Source of the DNA: Octopus vulgaris
Lineage: Eukaryota
Direction: 5' to 3'
DNA length: 64,000 nucleotides
Assembly: GCA_951406725.2 (NCBI GenBank)
Contig: OX597831.1
Coordinates: 39,618,001-39,682,000 of the forward strand
The notes under the pieces were generated by a model, which ran no database searches, was not told the origin of the DNA, and saw only the letters and a program-made list of their open reading frames with translations. Positions 37,141 to 51,150 of this stretch are shown here, piece by piece. The translations under genes and the position numbers were made by a program. The stretch's first letter is position 1; the number at the start of each line of letters is the position of its first letter.

Positions 37141-38394
37141 GTAGGTAAATTAATTAATTAATTGATCATTTGAAATTACAAATATATTACTACAAACATT
37201 TACGATGAGAAGGAAAAATATATATATATATATATATATACACAAAGGAAAAGAAATCGCAAACACTTAATCTCTTCCACAACAGATATTATATCTCTTT
37301 ACGTTTATTCTAACTTTGCTTAATATACACACATGTAATTAATTAGTGTTTTAAAAAGAGATGTTTAATTTACTGAGCTATTTATGTTATTGCATTTTGT
37401 GTGTGCATGAAGAGAGAACAGGCCTATTGTCAATCTTTTTATTTGACATGCAATAACATTAGTGTGTCTGTATAAATGTGTGTGTCTACATTTGCGTTTG
37501 TGTGTATGTGTGTCTACATCTGCGTTTGTCGATGTGTCTCCTCCACATGTGTATGTATCTGGCCACAAACACACATTGTATGTACCTGTCTTGTTTTTAA
37601 CCAACCGTTATCGTTGTCACTATTTGCTAGAAATAGCAGCCAAGTTCCTTCAACTACACTACCGTCCGGAAAAAAAATAAATGAAAGTCTACAAACTGGA
37701 TGCACGGCACTACGTTGTCGTCTTTATTATTTTGCGAAAAAAAAAAAAAAAAAGAAAAAAAGGGAAGCAAAACGGGATGGTCACTATAGGAAAGTCATCT
37801 AATTGAACAATACTTGGGGTTGAGATAAAAACAAAGTAGTGGTTGGTCGCTCAGCCTGTGAGTAATAGCAGAAGAGAGAAATATTCCCTGCCGCTTTTTA
37901 AAAAAGGAGAATACGTTTGATATACTCCACATTTGAATAAAAACAAAGCCGTGATGGTCACGCTGGAACGTCTTTCCTGTTAGGGCTAATCTTAGGCTGC
38001 CCCCCCACTCCTTCCGTAAGACATCATTTAAAATTTTACCTATTTTGAACAATATACGTTAAAAAGATTTTTGAAAAAAGTTTCTTTCTTCCGTATAATG
38101 GATAACTAAATTTTTTGTTTGTATATTGACGTTCAAGTTGGAGTCTGTAAACTATATTTTTGGTCACCATCATATCGCCATTTCTACCAAACTCTTTGGC
38201 ACCGGTCAAAGAATTTTTTTGTTTGGTAAACTCGCGTTTCGAATTGTGCCGTCTCTTCTACCTCTTCTTCTTCTTCGGAAGCTGCTGGTGCCGTTGGGTC
38301 TGTTTGATAATAATGATAAAAAAATGTTAGATCTTGAGTTTCAAATTAATGATATGATATGATAAATATTATTTGAATCTCGTAAAAGTGTAAT

Positions 38395-38798
38395 AGGTAT
38401 TCCTGTTGAATAGAGTCGGAAATTATCTGGTGCGCCTAAAAAGCTATGATTTCTTCTTGTCTGTATGTTTCAAGCATCGTAAAATAAGAATCTGCAAAAA
38501 TAAAAAGTGAAAATAAGGAAGGTCGTTGTCCTCATTCAATTCCGTAATTTTTCGGTTTTCTTTTTCAAATTTTTGTTTCAGATATCTGAGATTGATTCTT
38601 TAAAATTATATGGAACATCAATCCGAAAACAATTTTCGAAAAAAAAATATTAGTAAATGAAAGGGGATAGAACAGAACATTTATGGAGATTTAGTTTTCA
38701 TATTCTCAATCTAAGGCACTTAAAACCTACAGATCCGAAAAATTTACAGTTTTTTCGACGCACTAGATAATTCTCGACTCTATTCTACAGGAATGTCC
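38395..38798. mobile_element. MITE with about 36-bp TIRs in the MAN1A intron
   Basis: ATTCCTGT.GAATAGAGTCG..AATTATCT.GTGCG at 38399-38435, inverted at 38759-38794; TSD not resolved. Confidence 0.75.
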
Positions 38799-39786
38799 TC
38801 ACATATATTCACACGTTACGCAGACTTCACTAAAAAACGCACATAGTTCAATAATACACAGCTTACCTATAATACCCACATACCGGTATACTTTCACAAA
38901 CCCATATACATTCATTCGTTCGTTGACGTGTACTTGCGCGCATACATACATACATACATACACATTCATAGCACCGCGGCCGACCCTCTTATCGTGTTTC
39001 TCAGAGTTCGTTTAATATAAAAAAAAATGACCTACCGGTCTAGATTTCTATTCGCAGTCTATCTATCTGTTTGAAATAACTCCTTCAGTTTACACTCCCC
39101 TTTTTCTGTGTCTTGTCCCAAATAAGGCATGAGGTCACTGTAGCATAAGTGAACTACAAAAAACGAAAAGAAGGGGGTCCCTACAAATTAATTCAATTTG
39201 ACAGAAAGCTTAAAGGACTGAATAGTCATTGTCCAGAGGAAAACAATGACCGTTACGAGGAAAGAAAGAAAGTAAGAAAGAATGGGGAGAAAAAAAAAGA
39301 ACGATTCACTCCGTGTATAAATGTACGTACACCTTCGAAGGAAACCCAAAAAGACTAGCCGCCGCCGCAATGCTTTTCATTAACGATTTGCTCCATCTTG
39401 GGCTGACCTGAGGTTAATTAGTAACCTACAATAACCCGGAAGTACTTTGCTCGAGGGTGGGTAGGGTTGTCTAATAGTTTTTATAGGTTTGGTGATTCAA
39501 GTAGGACAATAATAGTATTTATTCGAAACGTATGTATACACACACACAGACACAATATACATATACATCCACACGCGCATATTGAATAATCGGTAGAAGT
39601 TACAGTAACTCAAGGGTCGCTAATTTCGTGCATTGGATAACACTTGGCAAACTCCACCCCTATCAGTTATGAAATGTGTGTGTGTGTCTATATTTTGACG
39701 AACTCATATTTATATGTGGGTATTTGTTGATGTATCGTTTTTAACCACTGCGTCCATGCTGGGGCATCGCCTTGAAGGGTTTAGTC

Positions 39787-39878
39787 GGGTGGTTCCCAAC
39801 CTTTTAAACTACAAAGGACCCCTTTTGTTTAAATGAGTTTTCCGACGGACCCCCTAGTACTACCGTTGGGAACCGCTG
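39787..39878. mobile_element. hAT/Charlie-like 92-bp MITE inside a SINE A
   Basis: TIR ..GTGGTTCCCAAC / GTTGGGAACCGCTG; 8-bp TSD GTTTAGTC. Confidence 0.8.
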
Positions 39879-41589
39879 GTTTAGTCGAACGAATCGATTC
39901 CCCTTCCTCGCCAGCACTTATTTTTAGTTTTTTTTTTTTTTTTGCTGAACCATTAAGTTACGGGATGTAAACAACCCATTATCGGTTGTCTAGAAATGGG
40001 GTTACAAACACACATTCATATACATACACACACACTCTCTCTCTCTCTTTCACACACACACACACACACAGCAAGCTTTTTTCAGTTTCCGTCTACCAAA
40101 CCCACTCAGGGCTTTGGTAGGCCCGAGGCCATAGGAGAAGACACTTGCCCAAGGTGCCGCGCAGTGGAACTGAACCATGGACGACATGGTTTGGAAACAA
40201 AGCTTTTGAATCACACAGCCACGCTTGCGTTTTGAAAAATATGGAACGCTACATCTATACACACACACACACTCGTCTTAGAAACCACGTGCCCCAGTTT
40301 GGACAAGAAAGAGTTCTTGGTGACAGATGTTTGTTCAGTAACTTTTAGAATAGAAATAACATTTACTATTCTCTTTGCCCATCTTTCTCTCTCTCTCGCT
40401 CTTTCATTTCTTCATTCGCACACTCACATCTGTTTGTTTGCAGAGGTAGATAGAAGTCAATGAACGGAGTTTCACCCAGACTTAGCTATCTCGTACCTCC
40501 CTCACGGGGAAGCAAAAAGAAAAAGGGGGGGGGACACGGAATTGGCTGGCAGACGAAAATTGTTGAATATTTTCTGCCAGAATGGTTAATTCCTGCTGTA
40601 AACAAACACAAGAACACTTACAAACTAGAAGAATTCTCGACTCTAGTTTATTTCGGTAAATTTTTATTTACCGTTATTTCGAAACCCTATGGAAGCTGCT
40701 GGCACCGATTGAGCAGACGTATGATGAGAGACGTTCCAACCACGACCGCTTCATTTATTTATTTAAATATACATAGTGTATCTTGGAATGTATTACCCAG
40801 TCTGATTTTTATTTTAATTCTTAATAATGTTAGATTATGACTCGTGTACAGATATATGGCTGCTATTTCTAGCAGTTTAAACCACTGCGCAGAGACTTTC
40901 CTTGGCTCGTTTAAGTGTTAGTAGTAGTTTTTGTTGTTGTTGTTTAGCCCCAGGTGAGTCTTAATCAGACTTACGAGTAGAAAGCATTCCAGCCTTGAAA
41001 CTGTCTAATCATTTTCCAAAGCACAGAGCACTTACAACCACCATTATCCAGTCTAGCGTACCCTATACTTCAGATGGCACGGTGTGATAATTTGAGGTAG
41101 ATTTGGTTACTATTTCTATTTGGTAAAGCGATCACATTGAGGACCTATACCCCCTGCTCTTCCATCTTGGTCAGGGCTCAAGTATTTCGTCTGCCGTTAC
41201 GTTCTCAGTTCAAATTCCGCCGAGGTCGACTTTGCCTTTCATCCTTTCGGGGGTCGATAAATTAAGTACCTGTTAAGCACTGGGGTCGATGTAATCGTCT
41301 TAATCCGTTTGTCTGTCCCTGTTTAGCCCCTTGTGGGTAATAAAGAAACATATATAAATAAGGCAGATAAGCTAAAACAGTCTGGTGATTAATAGATACT
41401 AATTCACCGTGACTTGAAGCAGAGATGAACAGACAGGTAGTAGTAGGTGAGATTTGAACACGTAACCACACTGCAGATGCAGTCAAGTTGGCATTCTTGA
41501 TTCTGACTTCATATTAACACAGTTCTGTTTGTCCGTGCTGTGAAATTCTGTTACATAACAGTATACCAGTGTTCTCTTTGAATCGCCCT

Positions 41590-42012
41590 TTAACCACAGA
41601 CACACATATTCTTCACTCACACACGCTCTCTCACGTAAACATGCGTTCACACACACACATTCTTTCGCATACACACATACATGCTCTCTCTCTCACTCTC
41701 ACATATTTTTCTTTCACAAACACACGCTCTCTTAAACACACACACGAACACGTTCTCTTATACACACACATACACAAACACACGCTCTCTTATACACACA
41801 TACACAAATACACGCTCTCTTATACACAAACACACGCTCTCTCTTATACACACACACACACACAAACATACGCTCTTATACACACACACACACACACAAA
41901 CACGCTCTCTCTTGTACACACAAACACGCTCTCTCTTGTACACACATATACAAACACACGCTCTCTCTTATACACACAAACATACGCTCTCATACACACA
42001 TACAAACACACG

Positions 42013-42067
<55 letters not shown>

Positions 42068-42690
42068 TCTCTCTTAGGGACACGCGCGTTTTCTCTCATA
42101 TACACTTACGCTCTTCTTTTACACACATATTCGGTCTGTTTCTCACACATACACAAACATCCATTTTGTCTATTTCTCTCTCTTTCGCTCTCACATATTC
42201 TCTCTTTCTCTCACAGACTGACAGACACGCTCTCTCACATATCCTCGCTTTCTAACACATATACGCATACATGGCCCTCCTCTCTCACACGTATACACAC
42301 ATTTTCCCTTCCTTGCGCACTTACGTGCACGACCTGACGAGTAGGGACCCGTCTGTGTGCACGTTTCTCTCGACTTACTTAACACCTATCCCCAGGATAA
42401 TCTGATCCTGGGTTCCCCCACCACGTATAATACATACATACATACATTCATATATACCTATGCACACATCGTGATGGTGGTCGCAACTGGAAATTGGTCC
42501 TTTCTGCTCGGGTCATTCTTGACCTTGGGCTAAACAAAACAATCACACGCAGAGCCTCGCGTCGTGCTCGCGCACACACACACATCATCACACACCTATA
42601 TACATACATACAGCATACACACTCACGCACGCAAACGTACGTACATCACATATGTATACGCACGCACTCATTCATATAGATGTACATCAC

Positions 42691-42731
<41 letters not shown>

Positions 42732-43074
42732 CTCACATACATAGCGTACAGTTTTACTAACCACATGTATATTTGTGTGTGTGTATATATATATATATAT
42801 ATACATACACGTATAAAAATACGTTCACCCTCGTATATTTACACATACGTTCACACTCATATATTTACATACACGTCCACACCTCACACGTATTTACATA
42901 TACGCACACACTCACACAGATACATATGCGTACACGCTTGTATATTTACTTATCCGTACATACACTCGCGCATATCTACATACCCATACACACATACACT
43001 CATATATTTACATATATGCATATTTTCATTTATTTACATATACGTGTACACTCATATATTTACACACAAACAAA

Positions 43075-43128
<54 letters not shown>

Positions 43129-43286
43129 CGTACACACTCGTGCTCTCATTTGAGTAGTGTCGCTGTTGTTATTAATGTTTATAACGGCAATTATCTTCAA
43201 AGCTGTGTATATCTAATATTGTGATAAATGGTGAACATTTTCAGCTGCAATTATCTCTTTCTCGTTCTCCACCACTCTCTTTCCTC

Positions 43287-43337
<51 letters not shown>

Positions 43338-43527
43338 TATGTGTCTGTGTATATGTGTATGCGTGTGTGTTATCCTAACATTTCACATCTCTCTAAATTG
43401 GTTTTAGCTTTTTATTTTCGTTAGACTTTCGTTTTCCATTTCCCCATCCATAACGCTATCTGTCTGTCTATATCTATCTATCTATGTATCTCTGTCTGTC
43501 TTCGTCTGTTCGTCTATCCATCCATCC

Positions 43528-43567
<40 letters not shown>

Positions 43568-43584
43568 GTCTGTCTGTCTACCAG

Positions 43585-43651
<67 letters not shown>

Positions 43652-43759
43652 CTGTCTCTATCTATCTATCTCTGTCTCTATCTATCTATCTCTCTATCTA
43701 TCTATCATCTATCTATCTATCTATCTATCTCTGTCTCTATCTATCTATCTATATCTGTC

Positions 43760-43798
<39 letters not shown>

Positions 43799-43809
43799 CT
43801 ATCTCTGTC

Positions 43810-43840
<31 letters not shown>

Positions 43841-44700
43841 CTGTCTCTATCTATCTATCTATCTATCTATCTCTGTCTCTATCTATCTATCTATCTCTGT
43901 CTCTATCTATCTATCTATCTCTGTCTCTATCTGTCTCTATCTATCTATTTATCTATATCTGTCTATCTATCTATCAATATATATCTTTTCTCTCTCAGTT
44001 CTTCCCTGTCCATATCTATCTATCTCTGTCTGTCTTTGTCTTTCTACCTGTCTTCTCTCTCGCCCCCTCTCCCTGTGTCTATCTGCCTCTCTGTTTGACT
44101 ATCTATCTATCTATCTGTCTTCTTTTCCCCCTCAGACCCTCTTTTTATCTCTATATTTGTATTTTGTCAATTCTTTCTTCTGTTCCCCACCCCCGTCGAT
44201 CTGTTTCTCTCTCTCTCTCTCTCGCCAATCTCAGTTCCTATCTTCATTGCACTTCGGTCCTTTCTGCCCATTCTCACCTCCTCTTTGTAACTTTGTTCTT
44301 TCTCTCTTCCCTGTCTGTTTCTCTCTCCCTCTCTCCCTCCCTCCGTCTAGATTTATCCCCCTGCGTCTGTTTTCGTATCTTTTTTTTCCTCTCTCTATTC
44401 TCCATATTCCTGTCTCTCTCTTCCCTTCTTTCTATTCCTCTCTCTTTCGTCACTTCTGTCTTTCCCTCCTCTTTATATGTTGCTCGCTCTCTCCTACCCC
44501 TCTCTCTTCTCTCCCACCTCTCTCTCCTCTCCTACTTCTCTCGTCTCTTCTACCCCTCTCTCTTTCCCCATTCTAGCTTTCTCTTTCTCACCCTGTCTCC
44601 AGCATTTTCTTTTCCTCTCTCCAGCTTTTCCCCTTCCTCTCTACTTCTCTCCATCTCTCCCAACTCGCCACTTTTTTATCAAGTCCATCAACCTTAAACT
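41590..44700. repeat. Low-complexity block: CA/CT-rich, then (TCTA)n at 43455-43980, then a polypyrimidine tract
   Basis: Direct reading. Confidence 0.93.
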
Positions 44701-44964
44701 TCCATTTTCTTGTGAATTTGTTTTTTTTCCTCTCCACATATTTACTTACTTTTTGCTTCCAAACTACATAAAATCTATTTTATGTAATAGCTAATCCAGA
44801 TCGGAATTTAAAATTTGCTCTATTGTACACACTCATTAACTGAACATCATTAGAATTACTCACGCGCTGTTTGCTGTCTCCCTAAAACCAGTTACCAACC
44901 GCAGTCCTTATGGCCCTTCGGGGGTCCTTTCGAAATTTTATTGCGAAAATTTGGGCAATAAACT

Positions 44965-45345
44965 GGTTGTGGCTGTATGGTAAGTAGCTTGCTAACCAAC
45001 CACATGGTTCCGGGTTCAGTCCCACTGCGTGGCATCTTGGGCAAGTGTCTTCTGCTATAGCCCCGGGCTGACCAATGCCTTGTGAGTGGATTTGCTAGAC
45101 GGAAACTGAAAGAAGCCTGTCGTATATATGTATATGTGTGTGTCTGTGTTTGTCCCCCCAATATCGCTTGACAACCGATGCTGGTGTGTTTATGTCCCCG
45201 TCACTTAGCGGTTCGGCAAAAGAGACCGATAGAATAAGTACTGGGCTTACAAAGAATAAGTCCCGGGGTCGATTTGCTCGACTAAAGGCGGTGCTCCAGC
45301 ATGGCTGCAGTCAAATGACTGAAACAAGTAAAAGGGTAAAAGAGA
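44965..45345 (+). mobile_element. SINE family A (young)
   Basis: Near-consensus copy. Confidence 0.88.
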
Positions 45346-46096
45346 GTGTATATAAATAAAGCTGAAGTTGTCTGTGTATGGCAGGTTTGGTAGCCTTCAA
45401 CTAACACTATCTCCTCCCTGTGGCGCAAGTTGACCAAAATTGAGAGTATGATAGAAGAAGGCTTGCCAAAACTGACGATAGAACCACTTCATGTATTCAC
45501 ATAGTACAGGTAATAAAATGCTAATTTCTTTGTTCATCTATTTTGTCACCTGTGCTATATGAATACATGATGTGGTTCTATAATCAGATTTGACTGCTAT
45601 TTCTGGCATGGTGGTGCCTCTTTGATACTGCTAATTATAATTATATATCACGTGACCGACCAGACCATCAGATGTTGTTACACATCGCTGGTCACAATGC
45701 GTTCGCATTGTTTTAGCCTTCAAAATGATGCCACCCCGCTGGCTAAGCGAGCAGGCCAACAGAAGAAAGAGTGAAAGAAAGTGTGATGAAAGAGTACAGC
45801 AGGGATCACCACCCCCTGCCGGAGCCTCGTGGAGCTTTAAGGTGTTTTCGCTCAATAAACACTCAGAACGCCTGGTCTGGGAATCGAAACCGCGAGTCCG
45901 CTGCCCTAACCACTGGGCCATTGCGCCTCCACTATAATTATATACATATGTATAAAATAAAACTTACTTGGAAATGTATGTATGTATACAGAGTAGCATA
46001 GCATAGTTTTTCTACCTGGCTGGCTCCTGTCAACCACCCTATCCATGCATGCATGGAAGATGGATGTTAAATAATAATGATGACACATACACACAC

Positions 46097-46310
46097 AAAA
46101 GGGGGCGCTGAAAAGTTGCTGGCTTTGAGTAAAAGAAAATACAGGAGGATCACTTAAGTATGATTTTAACCAATATATTCCCCTCTCAGATTTACACACT
46201 TATTGCAGCAGTCCTTCAGGTTTTCTAAAACCTTGTAAAAGAACTGTTGGGCCTCCAATCAGGCCTTTCATGTTATCCTTAGAGCCAGGAACTTTCCAGC
46301 ACTCCATTGT
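46097..46310. mobile_element. Mariner-type MITE
   Basis: Imperfect TIR GGGGCGCTGAAAAGTTGCTGGCTTT / AGAGCCAGGAACTTTCCAGCACTCC. Confidence 0.6.
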
Positions 46311-46314
46311 TTAT

Positions 46315-46982
46315 ATATATATAGTAAATGCCAAACTGAATTTGTGCCTGTGTGTCACACTTTGACCCCTTCTCTCACTATTCAGTGAAACTTCTACTAT
46401 TCCTCATGTTGGGGTGAGAGTAATAGTAGGCATAGAGAGTGATAGTGGTAGTAGATTGACGGTTGTGATGGTAGTGGGGTGATAGTAATAGTATGAGCTG
46501 TAGTTGTGATAGAGGTGGAGGCAACGGTGGCAGTGGTGGTGGTAGCTGAGTCGGTCAGGGATGACGGTTATAGTAAGCGATGTGAAAGACAGTGGTGGAG
46601 AGGAAGGTGGCTAAGTCAATGGTATTGATGGTGGTGGCGTCAGAAGTCTGAATAATGTGTGTATGGCAGTTGTGGTGGTACTAGTGATGGTTGAAAACAA
46701 TCAACAGAAGGAGAGAGAGAAAGAGAGAGGTTAGATAGAAAAAAATATTTTACTGACCCCCAAATGGGAAGACAGAAAATGTTGTTTATCATGCAACTTT
46801 GCAATAAGTTCCAAGTCGACAAATTATATCATTGTTTTTATGAGAAATGTTCATTGTTTGAAAAATATTGGTCAAGTTTAATAAAATTTGATATTTACAC
46901 AGTGCATAAAGTGTCATTGTTGAGCCCAAGGCTCAATGAAGTGCCCCCACAGGAGCTAGCTATCGGGCAGCTTTTAAGCTAG
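46315..46982 (+). mobile_element. Possible non-autonomous Helitron-like element
   Basis: Starts in TA, has a GTG-rich interior, and ends CTAG|T after an imperfect GC hairpin (GCCC...GGGC); no TIR or TSD. Confidence 0.35.
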
Positions 46983-47982
46983 TATATATATATATATATA
47001 TATATGAGACAGGCATGCCAAATCCACTCGCTTGTCTTCGATTGGCCCAAGGCAAAAGTAGAAGATACTTGCCTAAGATGTTACACAGTGGCACTATACC
47101 TGGATCCATGTGGCTGGGAAGCAAGTTTCTTGCCACACCTACATATATATATATATATAGGCGCAATGGCCCAGTGGTAAGGGCAGCGGACTCGCGGTTT
47201 CGATTCCAAGACCGGGCGTTGTGAGTGTTTATTGAGCGAAAACACCTAAAGCTCCACAAGGCTCCGGCAGCGGGGTGGGTCATGATCCCTGCTGTACTCT
47301 TTTGCCACAAGTTTCTCTCACTCTTTATTCTGTTGGCCTGCTCGCTTAGCCAACAGGGTGGTTTCATTTGAAGGCTAAAACAATGCCAAGACGCATTGTG
47401 ACCAGCGATGTGTAGCAACATCTGATAGCCTGGTCGGTCACGTCACGTGATATATATATATATATATAAAATTGAATAAGGGTATATATATATATGGCGG
47501 GCTTCTTTCAGTTTCTGCCTACCAAATCCACTCACAAGGCTTTGGTTGTCCTGAGGCTATGGAAGACACTTTCCTAATGTGTCATGCTATAGGGCTGAAC
47601 CTGGAACCATGTGATTGAGAAGCTCCTTACCATACACCCATATATATATATATATATAGTACACACACAAAGCTAGCAGGTATTGGATGAATATAATTGT
47701 AGGCTTTGATCATAGGGTATTGTAGGAGGTAAGTTTACTGATAACAGCATGTGTTGTGTCAAATGTAGCAGGCATTTTATCGATCTCTGGCATTATTTTT
47801 GTGATAAAAGTATCACCACAAAGAAGACTTTATTTACAAAGACACGGATCAAGAAAGTGCTGCATTGATTTCTGTGAAAAATTGCAAGGAAAAAGTGTAA
47901 AGTATCGATTTGCCTTCAAAAAAAGATAAAAAAAAAATTATTGTAAATAAATATTAAAAGGGTATAGAAATAGAAGACGGTA

Positions 47983-48013
<31 letters not shown>

Positions 48014-50924
48014 AGTAAGGCAGTGATATGAAAGTATTACCCACTTCTTGTAAAATGATAAAATAACTTTCTGTTACTCTCTTAGTCTATCTCCTGGAAT
48101 CATTCAGCATGTTTGCAGTATATATAAAACTTAGTGTGTAGTGGGAAGATTTGAGCTGTTTTCATCCAAAAGTGTCGAGGAAGGTCACTGTGTGATTGCT
48201 TGATAGTCTATGGAATTGGTAGCTAAGTTTCCCCAAAATAGCATTCTGCTGTTTGTTCGTTTTATGCCATATTTTCTTTTGCGCCCATGGTCTAATTTTG
48301 TTATTATTAATTTATGTGCCTCCTGGCTTAATGGTAAAGGCGGCGAGCTGGCAGAAATGTTAGCACGCCGGGTGAAATACGTAGCCATATTTCATCTGCC
48401 GTTACGTCCTGAGTTCAAATTCCGCCAAGGTTGACTTTGCCTTTCATCCTTTCGGGGTTGATTAAATAAGTACCAGTTACGCACTGGGGTCGATATAATC
48501 GACTTAATCCGTTTGTCTGTCCTTGTTTGTCCCCTCTGTGATTAGCCCCTTGTGGATAGTAAAGAAATAGGTAAGGGCGTTTCAGCCATGATTGCAAGAT
48601 CTTGGTTTCAATTTCCAGATGGGCGGTGCATTGGTTTCTTGAGAAATCATTTCTTTTCACGTTGCTTCTGTTTGCTCAGGTGTAAGTGGGCGATCCTGCA
48701 ATGGCGTTCTGATCAGAGGGGTACATTGGCCTGCCTGCTGAGCCATTGAGGGGTGGCCTCATTAGGAACCTACCGCAATGTGACTTGCAGTGTATAACAT
48801 CTGCTATAATCTGGGTAAGAAGCATGCTTTTCAACCACATGGTTCTGTGTTCAGTCCCTTTGTGTGGCACCTTGGGCAAATGCCTTCCACTTATAGCCTT
48901 GCGAGTGGATTTGGTAGATGGAAACTGAAGGAAGCCCACTGCTGAGTGGTTGGTGTTAGGAAGGGCATCCAGCTGTAAAAATTCTGCCAAAACAATTACA
49001 GAAGTTTGGTGCAGGCTTCTGCTGTGGCTGGCTCTTGTCAAACTGTCCCACCCGTACCAGCATGGAAGGTGGACATTAAATGGTGATGACATATATTTAT
49101 GTGTGTGCCTTTGTGTCTGTGTTTGTCCCACCACCATCGTTTGACAGTCGATGCTGGTGTGTTTACGTCCCCATGACTTTGCAGTTCAGCAAAAGAGACT
49201 GATAGAATAAGCATTAGGCTTTCAAAGAATAAGTCTTGGGTCGATTTCTTTGACTGTGTAAATACCATTTCATCTTGGCTACACACGGTCCTTTTTCTTC
49301 TTTTTGAGTTGTCATTGTTAATCCTTGAAGTCATCCAGCTGTGACAACTCCATCATGTAAGTGTATGTAGGGCTACATCAGTTAACATGTCCTTCCTTTT
49401 TAAAGCCAGTTGAGTGAGTTTTAGAGGGTGGTTTGTATGCTATTGTTTCTCTATGGTCGTATAACCTTGCAGAAATTAAGTCTTTCACATTGGCTCGTAA
49501 TCTTGGTGTTGGTAAAGGATTTTGGTTAAGGTGCTGAAAACAGTCCTCATTTTCCTTTGGTTCCTTGTAGCATTTACTCATTTGGTCTTTTTTTTTAAAG
49601 CTATGTGTTGTATCTAGAATGGTGTTATTCTAGGTCTACTTGATCAGGGCCAACCTTGGGCTAAACAACATACTTGCAACAATCCTTGCTCACATGTGTA
49701 TGGAAAACAATTTGTAAAACATCCCAGGGCTTCTTTCTCCATTTGAGGTTCATGGTCTGAGCATATTCATGCAATCATCATCATGTAATATCTGTTTTCC
49801 ATGCTGGCATGGGTTGGACAGCTTCACAGGAATTGGCAAGGCCAGGGTCCTGCACCAGGTTCCATAGTCTAGGCATAGGTGTGGCTGTGTGGTAAGAAGT
49901 TTGCTTCCCGATCACATAGTTCTGGGTTCAGTCCCCACCGGGCAGACCAAAGCCTTGTGAGTGGATTTGATAGATGAAAGCTGAAAGAAGTCTGTGGTGT
50001 ATACATGGGTGTGTGTGTGTTGCTGTATCCTTGCTTTGGTTTTGCATGATAGCTATAAGTGAGTGTCACTGTTATGTAAGCGGGGTCTTTCATGCCCAAT
50101 CTTACATGGAAACATGACTGGTTAGGGAAAAATATTACCTTATTTGGCAACCAGTGAGGATTGGCGATAGGAAGGACATCTTTGTTGTAGAAAAACCACC
50201 TCTGACTCATGCGAGCATGGAAATGTAGACGCTAAAATGATGAAGATATGAAATACACACACAGCAGGAATGAATCGTACACACCTTTCTGTACTAAAGT
50301 GACGCGTCCAAGTTAACCCACAATCTCATACGCATACACTCGCTACATCTATGCATACACTAACTTAATCATATACCTACACACCCCAAGACTTGGTCTT
50401 GACTTGAACAAGACTTCCTCGTCACTTTGTTCAAGACTGTCTTGGATTCTGCCTAAGAATAAAAATAAAAGCGTCAGATCCCAACAATATAACATACACA
50501 TTACAAATATTCTTATACCCTCAGGCATGCAGACATTCATACAATACACATACACTTACATGAGACATCTACGTTTAACTTATATTATTTTCTAAGTTGA
50601 TGAATTTGGTTTCTGGGTCAGAGCTGAAATGTTTTAGAGCTTAGGGTATGTTCAATCAAGTGTGACCCGTGCTAAGCAAGAGAAAACGTGTTCAGACATT
50701 CACATTCAATTCCGAAACTATTGTTAGTTCGTTTACACACATACGTTTACGTAATGTCTCACGTGCTGTTAATTTTCTTTGCACTGAAAGTTTTATGCAA
50801 GTATGGACATGTACATACATAGGTTTTATGTACAGACATACTTACACTTACACATGTAGGCCTATGTATACACACACACACACACAGAAGTGCTGGGGTC
50901 ACATAAGCTCTGGTAATGGTGTCA

Positions 50925-51150
50925 CAAAGCTCTGGTGATGGTGACGCAAAAAACACTGGTGATGGTGCCATAAGAAAAGAATTGGTGTTGGTGTCACATA
51001 AAAAGCACTGGTGCCACATAAGACACTGATTCTGGCACCACATGAAAAGTACTGGTGTTGGTGCCATGTGAAAAGCACTGGTGCTGGTGCCATGTGAAAA
51101 GCACTGGAACTGGCGCCATGTAGAAGGAACAGGTGCTGGTGCCACTTAAA
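50925..51150 (+). repeat. About 29-bp degenerate minisatellite (TGGTGCTGGTGCCATGTGAAAAGCAC), part of SINE module E
   Basis: About 7 diverged units directly upstream of a module E tail. Confidence 0.75.

Noticed and set aside
40460-40840. 126-aa ORF in the MAN1A intron
   Set aside because: No recognisable domain or GH47 similarity; a plausible chance ORF.
50925-51150. CRISPR-like repeat array
   Set aside because: Degenerate head-to-tail minisatellite with no unique spacers and no cas genes, in a eukaryotic context.
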